Below are positions 35,877-44,253 of a stretch of DNA of 64,000 nucleotides, in pieces. The DNA is taken from positions 387,139-451,138 of the forward strand of contig LCGL01000001.1 of NCBI GenBank assembly GCA_000999715.1, in the 5' to 3' direction. Source of the stretch: Candidatus Falkowbacteria bacterium GW2011_GWF2_43_32. Lineage in GTDB: Bacteria > Patescibacteriota > Patescibacteriia > Patescibacteriales > UBA12465. The notes under the pieces were generated by a model. It did not search any database and was not told the origin of the DNA. It was given only the letters and a program-made list of their open reading frames with translations. Numbering within the stretch: position 1 is the stretch's first letter; each line of letters opens with the position of its first letter. Position numbers and translations under genes: made by a program.

Positions 35877-36941
35877 TTATCTGTTGATCAAGAAATTGCA
35901 AACATCACCGTCTTGAACAATATATTCTTTTCCTTCGGTGCGAATTAAACCAAGCTCTTTAGCCTTCGCTTCTCCGCCGCATTCTACGAATTTCAGCCAG
36001 TTGATCACTTCGGCACGGACAAACCCTTTGATGAAATCGGTATGGATAACTCCGGCGGCTTGCGGCGCCTTAGTTTCTTTCTTTATGGTCCAGGCGCGTG
36101 TTTCATCCGATCCGGTAGTGAAAAAAGTATCCAGTCCGAGCACTTGATAAGCGCTTTGAATCAGTTTGTCTAGCCCGCTTTGTTCCAAGCCCAACTCTTT
36201 AACATATTCGGCCTGTTCTTCTTCGGGCAGATTAGCAATTTCTTCCTCTAACTTTACATTAATTTTCAAAATTTCATCTTTTGTTCCCGGCAGAACATCG
36301 CCGCCGTGCTTTTCATCAATATTCAACAAGTAAATAATCGGTTTGATGGTCAGCAGGTTTAAAGTTTTTACAAACAATAATTCTTCTTCTTCAAATGCCA
36401 GACTGCGCGTCGGTTGTCCGTCTGCCAAGCCTGTGTATATTTTCTCTAATATTAGTTGATTACCGATTATTTCTTTATCGCCGCTTTTAGCTTCTCGACG
36501 AGCTTTGTCCAATTTTTTCTCTATTGTAGATAAATCGGCTAATATTAACTCAGTATTAATTGTTTCTTGATCGCTGGTCGGATTAACGCGCCCCTCTACA
36601 TGAATAACATTTTCATCCTTAAAATCTCTAATAACTTCACAGATAGCGTCACATTCTCTAATATGAGCCAAAAATTGATTGCCAAGTCCTTCGCCTTTAC
36701 TGGCGCCGGCCACTAATCCGGCAATATCCACGAATTCAATGGTTGTATTGATGATTTTTTCCGGTTTTGATATCGCGGCCAGTTTATCCAAACGAAAATC
36801 AGGCACCTTGACTACCCCGATATTGGGATCAATCGTACAGAAGGGATAATTGGCCGCTTCTACTCCTTTTTTAGTTAAGATGTTGAATAAAGTAGATTTT
36901 CCGACATTGGGAAGACCGACAATACCGATTGATAGTGACAT
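35877..36941 (-). CDS. ychF: Redox-regulated ribosome-binding ATPase YchF
   Basis: IGIVGLPNVGKSTLFN, DIAGLV.GAS.GEGLGN.FL, C-terminal TGS-like domain. Confidence 0.9.
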   Translation of the reverse strand: MSLSIGIVGLPNVGKSTLFNILTKKGVEAANYPFCTIDPNIGVVKVPDFRLDKLAAISKPEKIINTTIEFVDIAGLVAGASKGEGLGNQFLAHIRECDAICEVIRDFKDENVIHVEGRVNPTSDQETINTELILADLSTIEKKLDKARREAKSGDKEIIGNQLILEKIYTGLADGQPTRSLAFEEEELLFVKTLNLLTIKPIIYLLNIDEKHGGDVLPGTKDEILKINVKLEEEIANLPEEEQAEYVKELGLEQSGLDKLIQSAYQVLGLDTFFTTGSDETRAWTIKKETKAPQAAGVIHTDFIKGFVRAEVINWLKFVECGGEAKAKELGLIRTEGKEYIVQDGDVCNFLINR

Positions 36942-37612
36942 ATATTATAAATATGATTGAGTATAGCTAAGAAATGAATTTTTGCCAAATTTTGCTAATT
37001 TTCCCAAATAAAAAGAGGCCCAGAACGGGCCGCTTTTATTATAAAATAAAATAATAATTTATGGGCCATGTCTGAGCCTCATCCCCAATAGATCGATTTA
37101 TGTCCGTTTTATCGGGGATATGAAGCACTTTACTGACTTAAAGAGCATATTCTTACCAGCTCCTAGCAAATTAATTAATGTTTTTATTATTTTTGCTAAT
37201 TTTTAATAAGATCTAATAAAAATTTCTTTTTTGACTTTTATCAAATTTTATAACTTTGAATTAGCACGAGATTAATTTGCTCTAGATATAATTCTTTGTC
37301 ACGTCAGTGTTGACAATGAAACGAGAGCTAGTCAAAGAACTTATCTATATTATAGCACTTCTAAATATAAGGGTCAACTATTGTGGACTTAAAACTGTAG
37401 ATTAGGGTATATTTGTTTAATATTAGATAAGTTTATGCTGTTTTATTAAGGTATTTAGGGTTTAAGTCCACGCTACTTTAGACTTAAAACCGAGTTTTGT
37501 ACACAGAAAACACAAGTTATCCACAGATTTTAGCTTATTGACGTTTAAGTTTCGTTTGATCGTCGTTCATCAGTAACAAAACAAAGCGCCGGTTGGCACC
37601 TTGTTTTGTTAG
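36942..37612. other. ORF-free AT-rich intergenic region; candidate replication origin (oriC)
   Basis: About 670 bp with no ORF of 60 aa or more. Perfect DnaA box TTATCCACA at 37517-37525. Related TCCAC-containing elements: TGTGGACTTAAAAC (37382-37395) and its inverted partner TTTAAGTCCAC (37461-37471). Very AT-rich tract at about 37170-37240. Predominant gene orientation switches from minus (left) to plus (right) around here. Confidence 0.3.
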
Positions 37613-37686
37613 AGGCTTGGGTGGGAGTCGAACCCACGAATGGCAGTTTTGCAAACTGCAGCGTTAGACCACTTCGCCACCAAGCC
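37613..37686 (-). tRNA. tRNA-Cys(GCA)
   Basis: Reverse complement GGCTTGG-TG-GCGAAGTGGTCTAACGC..GCAGT-TTGCAAA-ACTGC..GTGGGTTCGACTCCCAC-CCAAGCC-T. Confidence 0.85.
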
Positions 37687-37739
37687 GATAATTTTTAATC
37701 GATAAAAACTCGAATTCAATATCTGAATTTTAACCCATC

Positions 37740-38789
37740 TTATTTCAGTTGTAAACCGGCATCTACCTTTAGTTTACTAAAAGAAATTGGTTGGCGTTGT
37801 TTTAGCTTATAAAAGGCGGCGGCGGCAATCATAGCGGCATTGTCGGTCGTATACGCCAGCTCCGGAACCAGAAACTCGGTTTTCGTCAGTTTATTTTTAA
37901 TCGTTTTCGCCAATTGTGCGCGTAATTCAGTATTGGCGCTGACGCCGCCGGAAAGCATAATAGTGCGAACTTTGGTTTTTTGAGCGGCCTGAATAGTCTT
38001 GCTTATTAAAACAGAGATAATCGCTTGCTGGATTTCATGGCAGTATTCGGGAATTCGTCGTTTCCAATGGGGATCTTTTTGCAACTGATAAAGCAGGGAA
38101 GTTTTTAAACCGGAAAAAGAAAAATCAAAATTTGCGGAATTAATCATCGGTCGCGGTAGATTGATGGGGAGATATTGATTATTTTTGTCGGTTGATTTTT
38201 TATACTTTTCAGCATAGCGGGAGATAATCGGTCCGCCTGGGTAACCGATATTCAACATTTTGGCCGCTTTATCAAAAGCTTCTCCGGCCGCATCATCCCT
38301 GGTTTCTCCCAGGATTTTGATTTTTCCGGTTTTGTTCATGGTCAATAAGATCGTATGTCCGCCGGAAACGGTCAAAATCAGAGCGGGGAATTTAATCGAT
38401 GCGGACGGATTGATAAAATTGGCGTAAATATGGCCCTCAATATGATTGATATCCATGATGGGTTTCTGCCAGGCATAAGCTAAGGCACGAACCGTTTCCG
38501 TGCCGGTAATCAGGGAAGTAATTAATCCCGGTCCTTTGGTGACGCCGATGACCCGGATTTTTTGCGGTGTAATTTTTGCCCGGCTTAGTGCCTCATGTAC
38601 GACCGGAAGAATATTCAAAACATGTTCGCGCGCCGCGACCTCCGGAACGACGCCGCCATATTTTTTGTGGATATCTATTTGCGAGGAAATAATATTGGAT
38701 AAAACCCGAAGACGGCCGGTTTGAGAATCGGCTTTAATAACGGCGGCGGCAGTTTCATCGCAACTGGTTTCTATCCCTAATATATACAT
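37740..38789 (-). CDS. tsaD: tRNA N6-adenosine threonylcarbamoyltransferase TsaD
   Basis: ILGIETSCDETAAAV, HIEGHI, LTVSGGHT and GGVSAN motifs of the Kae1/TsaD family. Confidence 0.9.
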   Translation of the reverse strand: MYILGIETSCDETAAAVIKADSQTGRLRVLSNIISSQIDIHKKYGGVVPEVAAREHVLNILPVVHEALSRAKITPQKIRVIGVTKGPGLITSLITGTETVRALAYAWQKPIMDINHIEGHIYANFINPSASIKFPALILTVSGGHTILLTMNKTGKIKILGETRDDAAGEAFDKAAKMLNIGYPGGPIISRYAEKYKKSTDKNNQYLPINLPRPMINSANFDFSFSGLKTSLLYQLQKDPHWKRRIPEYCHEIQQAIISVLISKTIQAAQKTKVRTIMLSGGVSANTELRAQLAKTIKNKLTKTEFLVPELAYTTDNAAMIAAAAFYKLKQRQPISFSKLKVDAGLQLK

Positions 38790-38866
38790 ATCTATTATTG
38801 TAGGGCATTTTAGGAAAAAGACAAATTTAAGCGATTTGGACCGGGATCGATTTGACCGATGCCGTG

Positions 38867-38895
38867 TTGACAGAAGCCGGGCTTGTCTGTAAAAT
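38867..38895 (+). promoter_or_regulatory. Sigma70-like promoter upstream of tRNA-Glu
   Basis: TTGACA (38867-38872), 17-nt spacer, TAAAAT (38890-38895). The tRNA starts 58 nt downstream. Confidence 0.45.
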
Positions 38896-38952
38896 GAAGT
38901 TAAATCTAAATATTTAGATTTTTATTTTTCGCCAATTTGGGAAAATATGTAC

Positions 38953-39024
38953 GGTCCCTTCGTCTAGTGGTTAGGACATCAGGTTTTCATCCTGGTAACA
39001 GGGGTTCGATTCCCCTAGGGACTA
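38953..39024 (+). tRNA. tRNA-Glu(TTC)
   Basis: GGTCCCTTCGTCTAGTGGTTAGGAC..TCAGG-TTTTCAT-CCTGG..AGGGGTTCGATTCCCCT-AGGGACT-A. Confidence 0.9.
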
Positions 39025-39254
39025 CTAATTAAAAAGTGCTCAGCGTTAGCTGGGCATTTTTTAATTAGACGGCGTTAGCCGAGGGGAATCGGACGGGCGG
39101 CAGCGAACTAGATATTTGCCAGTAGGCAAATATCGCAGTGAGCGCCGACAAAAGCGAGCTAGCGTAGCTTTTGGCGCCGCCCAGGACAACGAGAGAGCGA
39201 GCTCCGCCAGCTGGCGGAGGTGAGCGAACGAGGCGGAATTCCCCTAGGGACTAC
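39025..39254 (+). repeat. GC-rich mini-element abutting the tRNA-Glu 3' end (same architecture as the tRNA-Ser elements)
   Basis: Terminator hairpin CTAATTAAAAAGTGCTCAGC-GTTA-GCTGGGCATTTTTTAATTAG directly after the tRNA. Then GC-rich sequence with several perfect hairpins (ATATTTGCC-AGTA-GGCAAATAT; CTCCGCC-AGCT-GGCGGAG). Then GAGCGAACGAGGCGGAATT plus a second copy of the tRNA 3' end ATTCCCCTAGGGACTAC (39238-39254), and a second terminator (39259-39297). Confidence 0.8.
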
Positions 39255-39348
39255 ATAATAAAAATACTCCAACAAAGTTGGAGTATTTTGATTTTTTAGG
39301 CTAACCCTGTTATATTTATAATATATTTTATTATGATTTTTGCCAACG

Positions 39349-39759
39349 ATGAAAAATAATTTAACTAAGGTGGCTTTTGTCTATCTTCAGCGGGACAATA
39401 AAATTTTGCTATTAAAAGAAGGCGGGCGGCTAGCCATGGGTTTGTGGTGTTTCCCCGGCGGGCACGTCGATGTTGGAGAAACTTTTGAACAGGCGGCCAT
39501 TAGAGAGGCCCTAGAAGAAAGCGGTTATCGGATCAGCTTGGGAAAAATAATATACAAATCATTAATGCTTAACTCAGAATATAAAGGCTCTAGGGGTGAT
39601 ACTAATGAGGTTGAATTAGCTATTTTTGAAGGAAATATTATTGGCGGTGAATTTAAAATTGATGATCAAGCCTTGGATTTAAAATGGTTAACTAAAGAAG
39701 AAATTCTTAAACTCCCTTTGCGCTGGAATTTAATACAAGATTTAGTTTTGACAAACTAA
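39349..39759 (+). CDS. NUDIX hydrolase
   Basis: Perfect Nudix box GGHVDVGETFEQAAIREALEESGY. Start at the ATG at 39349 (MKNNLTK). Confidence 0.75.
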   Translation: MKNNLTKVAFVYLQRDNKILLLKEGGRLAMGLWCFPGGHVDVGETFEQAAIREALEESGYRISLGKIIYKSLMLNSEYKGSRGDTNEVELAIFEGNIIGGEFKIDDQALDLKWLTKEEILKLPLRWNLIQDLVLTN

Positions 39760-39922
39760 TTTTAAATTACTAAAATTTCCGCCCATCTCTCAATTTCCCC
39801 AATAATCCCGTCAAAATTTTGGCAAATTTTAGACTTTAGGACTACATAAAAAAAATAACGTGCAATTTGCACGTTATTTTTTTTATGACGCCGTAGGCGG
39901 AAGAATCGAACAAATTAAAATA

Positions 39923-40573
39923 TTATTTCTCTAAAATCAATTCTCCGGTAGCTAACGCTTCTTCATGGGAAGCGCAGCGCGGCCATGGTCGCTCTAAAAC
40001 ATCCTCTGAATCAAAAATAAATATAAAGCAATCTCCGGGAGGGACTTTGCCATAGTTGTTTGTTAAAATATGGTCTTTCTCTTTCCAGATAATTCGTGAA
40101 TAAATAGACCACGGGTCTGTTCCGGTTTCAACACGATGATGTATTACGTGAAGCATGGCTTTCTTCCCATTACACAAATCGCCAGAATGAAACTCGCGTA
40201 CGCCAAGTTCAGTTGGTAAATAAAGATTGGATTCATGATCTACCGTATATTCAATAATGCTGCCAACTGCTTTAAAAAATGAACTTAATAAAACATTATC
40301 ATCACTTGTAACAAAACCATCAGCAATAACCTTGCCGGATTCACTCCGTGTAAACAGACCATTTCTTTTAGTTTTGAGATCTTCTTTGTCTATTTTTAAA
40401 AATATTTCTTCGCCACACGCAAATATACGGTAATCAACCCTTGATAAAAGCTCTTCCATTTTTTTACTTCGCTCTCTATTTTTTAATACAAAAAATATGC
40501 TTATACAAATAACCAGTGCCGCTAAAAGGCTTAAAATACCAAATTTATAAATATGATTTTTTATTAATTTCAT
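39923..40573 (-). CDS. Membrane-anchored hypothetical protein (candidate immunity/partner of the upstream YkuD-like protein)
   Basis: N-terminal TM anchor (FGILSLLAALVICISIFFVL) plus a roughly 175-aa extracytoplasmic domain. The start codon is 2 nt after the upstream stop, so the two are probably co-transcribed or translationally coupled. Confidence 0.5.
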   Translation of the reverse strand: MKLIKNHIYKFGILSLLAALVICISIFFVLKNRERSKKMEELLSRVDYRIFACGEEIFLKIDKEDLKTKRNGLFTRSESGKVIADGFVTSDDNVLLSSFFKAVGSIIEYTVDHESNLYLPTELGVREFHSGDLCNGKKAMLHVIHHRVETGTDPWSIYSRIIWKEKDHILTNNYGKVPPGDCFIFIFDSEDVLERPWPRCASHEEALATGELILEK

Positions 40574-40575
40574 AT

Positions 40576-41538
40576 TTAATCAATAATTTCAAGCACGCCT
40601 ACGCTTATAAAATCTCCTTTACGCGCTTTGATTAATTTGTCGTATATCTCATTCCATTTTTCAATTTCGATTACTGTGATGCAGCCAAGCGAAGCTCTGC
40701 CTGTATGCAAATATTTTTCACCTGAATGCCCAATCCTAAACCAAGTTTTAAATCTAGATGATATATTAACATAACTGCTTGGGTCTTTGTGCGGATAATC
40801 CGGCAACTCAATGTCATGCCAACCCTTTTTCCATGGCGAACCGGTATAATCCGTGGTCTGATATTTTTTATTATCGATGATCAATGCTTTTTGGGAAATA
40901 GAGTATTGTAAATGGATTAGCGGCTCATGTTCAATTTTTGACAGAAAACGTGACTCCTTATTTTCGTCCAAACTAACCGACCCTTTTTGTCCACGATATA
41001 TTCCTTCTAAAATTGTAAAATATTCGCGCCCGCCTTCAATATAATCTGATTGTATTTTTAGGAAGGCGGGGAGAGAGACCGCATCACCATCTACGATTTT
41101 AACTTTAAGCCAGCCGTTATCTATATCGGGTGTATATTTTATTGTATTTATGACTAATGCTTCAATGGTGACTTCAAAAATAGCAATGGACTTGCCCCAG
41201 GTCTTGCCAAAACGATTTTCCCGAAGCTCAATATTATAGGTGAAATTTTGCGGTTTAATATCACCCGTGTCGACTTTAATTGTCTTTTCTGTCTTCCCAA
41301 TATCATTAAATAATATATCTTTTTCGGTAACGGTAATTTTTACGTTAGCAGAAAATGTTTTTTGGTCAGAAGGAAAAGTACCTATCGATTGATTGAGCTC
41401 GGCGGTTTTTCTAGCCCGCATCCTTTTATCGACACGCAAGACCTGATCCAGTAGCTCTATGTCAATACGGATGTCGTTACCAATTGATTTGCCCGTATAT
41501 TTTATTTTTATCAATTTGAACTGAATTTTTTTAAGCAT
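40576..41538 (-). CDS. L,D-transpeptidase-fold (YkuD/Tlde1-DUF2778-like) domain protein, no signal peptide
   Basis: C-terminal ...WFRIGHSGEKYLHTGRASLGCITV..EKWNEIYDKL. This is a His ... S-x-G-C-(I/V) arrangement like the YkuD catalytic H/C motif and T6SS Tlde1-type toxins. The N-terminal roughly 200 aa are beta-rich and unrecognised. Confidence 0.5.
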   Translation of the reverse strand: MLKKIQFKLIKIKYTGKSIGNDIRIDIELLDQVLRVDKRMRARKTAELNQSIGTFPSDQKTFSANVKITVTEKDILFNDIGKTEKTIKVDTGDIKPQNFTYNIELRENRFGKTWGKSIAIFEVTIEALVINTIKYTPDIDNGWLKVKIVDGDAVSLPAFLKIQSDYIEGGREYFTILEGIYRGQKGSVSLDENKESRFLSKIEHEPLIHLQYSISQKALIIDNKKYQTTDYTGSPWKKGWHDIELPDYPHKDPSSYVNISSRFKTWFRIGHSGEKYLHTGRASLGCITVIEIEKWNEIYDKLIKARKGDFISVGVLEIID

Positions 41539-41554
41539 AAAGATTTTTTATTTT

Positions 41555-42034
41555 TTAAATTTTTAATACATCCTGCCTATTCAATATCGAGTGCAGCTCT
41601 TTAACTTTTATCAATAAGACTCTAGCATCTGTATGGGCTTGACTTAATTCTGCTTCCGAGATTCCGATAAAATCACCATATTCAATTCTATTTCTTTTCT
41701 TTCTCATTTGTTGGAATCTTTGAAATTCATTACTGAGCTCACCGTTAAGCAAGGTAGCGGCGGCATTAATTACGATATAATGATGCCCCTCTCCACTTGT
41801 TTTTGCTCTATATCCGTTAATTAACAATATGGCTTCACAGCACAATCTTATAGAATCATAGATGTTGTTATACACAATATCCTCGTCTCCAGTGCCTAAT
41901 CCGGACAAATTTTTATTTGCATAATTATATAACCTGTCTGCCTTCTCAATTTTTATTTCAACCCCTTTTAAGTTAAGCAAAAAAGGCTCAATAGAATTAT
42001 TATTCAACAGTGTTTGAATCTCTGGTAAAATCAT
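41555..42034 (-). CDS. HEPN-domain protein (toxin-like partner of the upstream nucleotidyltransferase)
   Basis: All-helical 159 aa with MRKKRNRIEYGD (the R-x-x-R-N-x-x-x-(H/Y) HEPN-type motif). Overlaps the upstream MNT gene by 35 nt. Confidence 0.55.
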   Translation of the reverse strand: MILPEIQTLLNNNSIEPFLLNLKGVEIKIEKADRLYNYANKNLSGLGTGDEDIVYNNIYDSIRLCCEAILLINGYRAKTSGEGHHYIVINAAATLLNGELSNEFQRFQQMRKKRNRIEYGDFIGISEAELSQAHTDARVLLIKVKELHSILNRQDVLKI

Positions 42035-42587
42035 ATGGGTCTCCTTTTAATTTAATTATTGGCGATAGAAATATATTAGATATAAAATTATTTTTTTCTT
42101 TTATCTTTTTAACAATTTCTTGACTGCTGTAAATATGATAATTTATTTCTCTGGCAATTTTTCTTTCTATAGAACTTATCATGGTAATAAGGGCATTTTG
42201 GTTTATGTCCCCAATTAACATTAAATCAATATCGCTATTATTATTTTCTGTTCCTTTGGCGATTGATCCGAAAACAAAAGCACATTCAACATTATCAAGT
42301 TTATCGACTAACTTTTTTAATTCATTTTCTAAGCCGAATGTTTTTGAAATAATACTTTTTATTTCCTCGTAAAGCGGGTGAGCTTTATTTAATTTAAAAA
42401 AACGCATATTTCCGCGACGCTCATCTAATAATATCCTATCTTCCACTAAATTATCCAAATATTTTTGATAATGACTCGGTTCTTTCTTTAAGTTTTTGGC
42501 AATTTCTCTAAAATAGTATTCCTTTTCTGGGTTTTTAAAAAATAGCTCGATGATTTCTCCACCGCCCTTTTTCAAGAAATTTAGCAT
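42000..42587 (-). CDS. wHTH + minimal nucleotidyltransferase (MNT) domain protein
   Basis: N-terminal wHTH-like segment (YYFREIAKNLKKEPSHYQKYLDNLVEDRILL). NTase motif FVFGSIAKGTENNNSDIDLMLIG (G-S-x10-D-x-D). Confidence 0.7.
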   Translation of the reverse strand: MLNFLKKGGGEIIELFFKNPEKEYYFREIAKNLKKEPSHYQKYLDNLVEDRILLDERRGNMRFFKLNKAHPLYEEIKSIISKTFGLENELKKLVDKLDNVECAFVFGSIAKGTENNNSDIDLMLIGDINQNALITMISSIERKIAREINYHIYSSQEIVKKIKEKNNFISNIFLSPIIKLKGDPYDFTRDSNTVE

Positions 42588-42943
42588 AGTATGTTTGATA
42601 ATTTTTATTTCAATTATTCTTGATTATATTATACACTATTTATGTACAATTGTACATACTTTGTATATGGTGGCTAACATTAGTAAATAATTACACATTT
42701 ATCAAGAGAAGGGTTAAATTATCCCAAAACTTCCCCCCACTTCTCAATTTCCCCAATAATCCCCTCAGAATTTTGGCAAATTTCAGACTTTAGGACTACA
42801 TAATAAAAATACTCCAACTTTTTGGAGTATTTTTATTATTTTGATAATTTATTTTTCCCTGTTGACAATTTTGCATAAAAGAGATATTCTTTTTTGAAAC
42901 ATAAATATCATAAACTATTGGTCATTAACAAAAATTTATAAAA

Positions 42944-43528
42944 ATGGAAACAAACGATGAGCCGCAAAAAGACGAAGTAACTCAGCGTGATTTAGAAATT
43001 CTCGAAATTTTTATTTCTAATTCATTGGAAGCCACTGTCAGGGCCAAAAAAGCGATTATTTGGTTTTTACGCCAAAGTAATTATTTGCAATCCAATATTG
43101 CCATGTCCATCTCATCACCTTCTAGGAAAAGCGATGAGTATAAATGGGCTCAGGAAGTTGGCATTGCTCTTCATGACATGAGATTGCCAATCAGGATAGA
43201 TGACCTCTTTTCTTTAATGAGGATTTCAAAACGTTTTGTTTCTCATTGTGGAGTGGCAAAGAAAATTAGTGATGATCTAATTGAACTTGAAACTGGTTGG
43301 GACAGTGAACATCAGAGACATGTCCCGGTAGACCTTCTTGGTTATACAATTTGGCTGGCTGACGAGTTTTATCAAAAAGAAGTTTATCTGATTGAATTCA
43401 AGCCCGCAGAAGTTAAAGTTGTAAAGCTACGAAAAGATCATTCGGATGTGATAGAATATCATGGTAAAGAGTTTTATGAAGATTGCGAAATTCCTAAAAA
43501 TCTCCGCGACGTTCAAGCAAGGTGGTAA
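42944..43528 (+). CDS. Hypothetical protein
   Basis: 194-aa ORF with an ATG start. It is the only gene in its cassette. No recognisable domain. Confidence 0.45.
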   Translation: METNDEPQKDEVTQRDLEILEIFISNSLEATVRAKKAIIWFLRQSNYLQSNIAMSISSPSRKSDEYKWAQEVGIALHDMRLPIRIDDLFSLMRISKRFVSHCGVAKKISDDLIELETGWDSEHQRHVPVDLLGYTIWLADEFYQKEVYLIEFKPAEVKVVKLRKDHSDVIEYHGKEFYEDCEIPKNLRDVQARW

Positions 43529-43777
43529 AAGTCTCAGCTCTTAACAAATAAAGTCTATATCCATGAGATAAGGTATAGACTTTTTATTTTAAGTAAGATT
43601 TATCAGCCAATGTCAGAATTTCCACTCACTTCTCGATTTCCCTAACAATTTTCTCAAAATTTTGAGAAACTTCAAAACCTAGGACTACTAACTAAAAAGA
43701 TCCAATATTTACCGGATATTGCTTAATTTGCTTTTCCGGTTTTTATTTATTAAACTTAAAAATATAGAATAAACAAT

Positions 43778-44242
43778 ATGAAAATCACAATTTGCGGCAG
43801 TATTGCTTTTTATCAAGAGATGGAGCAACTCAAGGATTCGCTAGAGGCTAAGGGGCATGAAGTTTTTGTTCCCTTGCTCAGCAATGAAGCGCCGGCGGAA
43901 ATGGGCGGAGGGAAAAAAATATATTTCGATAAATATATTGAAGATAACGGGGGTATGGATGCTTTCCCGCCCGATCATGAACTTTGGGGTTTGAAAGAAA
44001 AAGCGATTCGCGATCATTATGATAAAATTGAATGGTGCGATGCGATTCTTGTTTCTAATCATGAAAAAAAAGGTATTGCCGGATACATCGGTGGGAATAC
44101 TTTAATTGAAATTGGCGTTGCCTTCTTTTTAAAAAAGAAGATTTATATTTTAAACCCCGTTTCTTCGGAGCTTTCTTATAAGCAAGAGATTTACGGAATG
44201 AAGCCGATTTTGTTAAATGGAGATATAAATTTGATAAATTAA
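43778..44242 (+). CDS. Nucleoside 2-deoxyribosyltransferase-like (Rossmann-like) protein
   Basis: MKITICGSIAF...CDAILVSN....GYIGGNTLIEIGVAF..KK.IY resembles the Nuc_deoxyrib_tr/YtoQ-type fold family. Weak, by recollection. Confidence 0.4.
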   Translation: MKITICGSIAFYQEMEQLKDSLEAKGHEVFVPLLSNEAPAEMGGGKKIYFDKYIEDNGGMDAFPPDHELWGLKEKAIRDHYDKIEWCDAILVSNHEKKGIAGYIGGNTLIEIGVAFFLKKKIYILNPVSSELSYKQEIYGMKPILLNGDINLIN

Positions 44243-44253
44243 CATTGAATCGG

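Larger units (their letters stand above)
39025..43690 (+). repeat. Array of junction repeats carrying copies of the tRNA-Glu 3' end
   Basis: Copies of (C)TAGG(G)ACTAC at 39238-39254, 39834-39846, 42788-42800 and 43678-43690. The last three are each preceded by a conserved roughly 60-bp arm (..TTCTCAATTTCCCCAATAATCCC.TCA.AATTTTGGCAAATTT.AGACTTTAGGACTACA). Each copy is followed by a hairpin plus T-run terminator. Confidence 0.8.

Noticed and set aside
36975-37015. Similarity of TTTGCCAAATTTTGCTAATTTTCCCAAATAA to the tRNA-Glu junction arm (AATTTCCCCAATAA / AATTTTGGCAAA)
   Set aside because: Only short AT-rich sub-motifs match, and in a different order. This cannot be distinguished from chance without a formal alignment.
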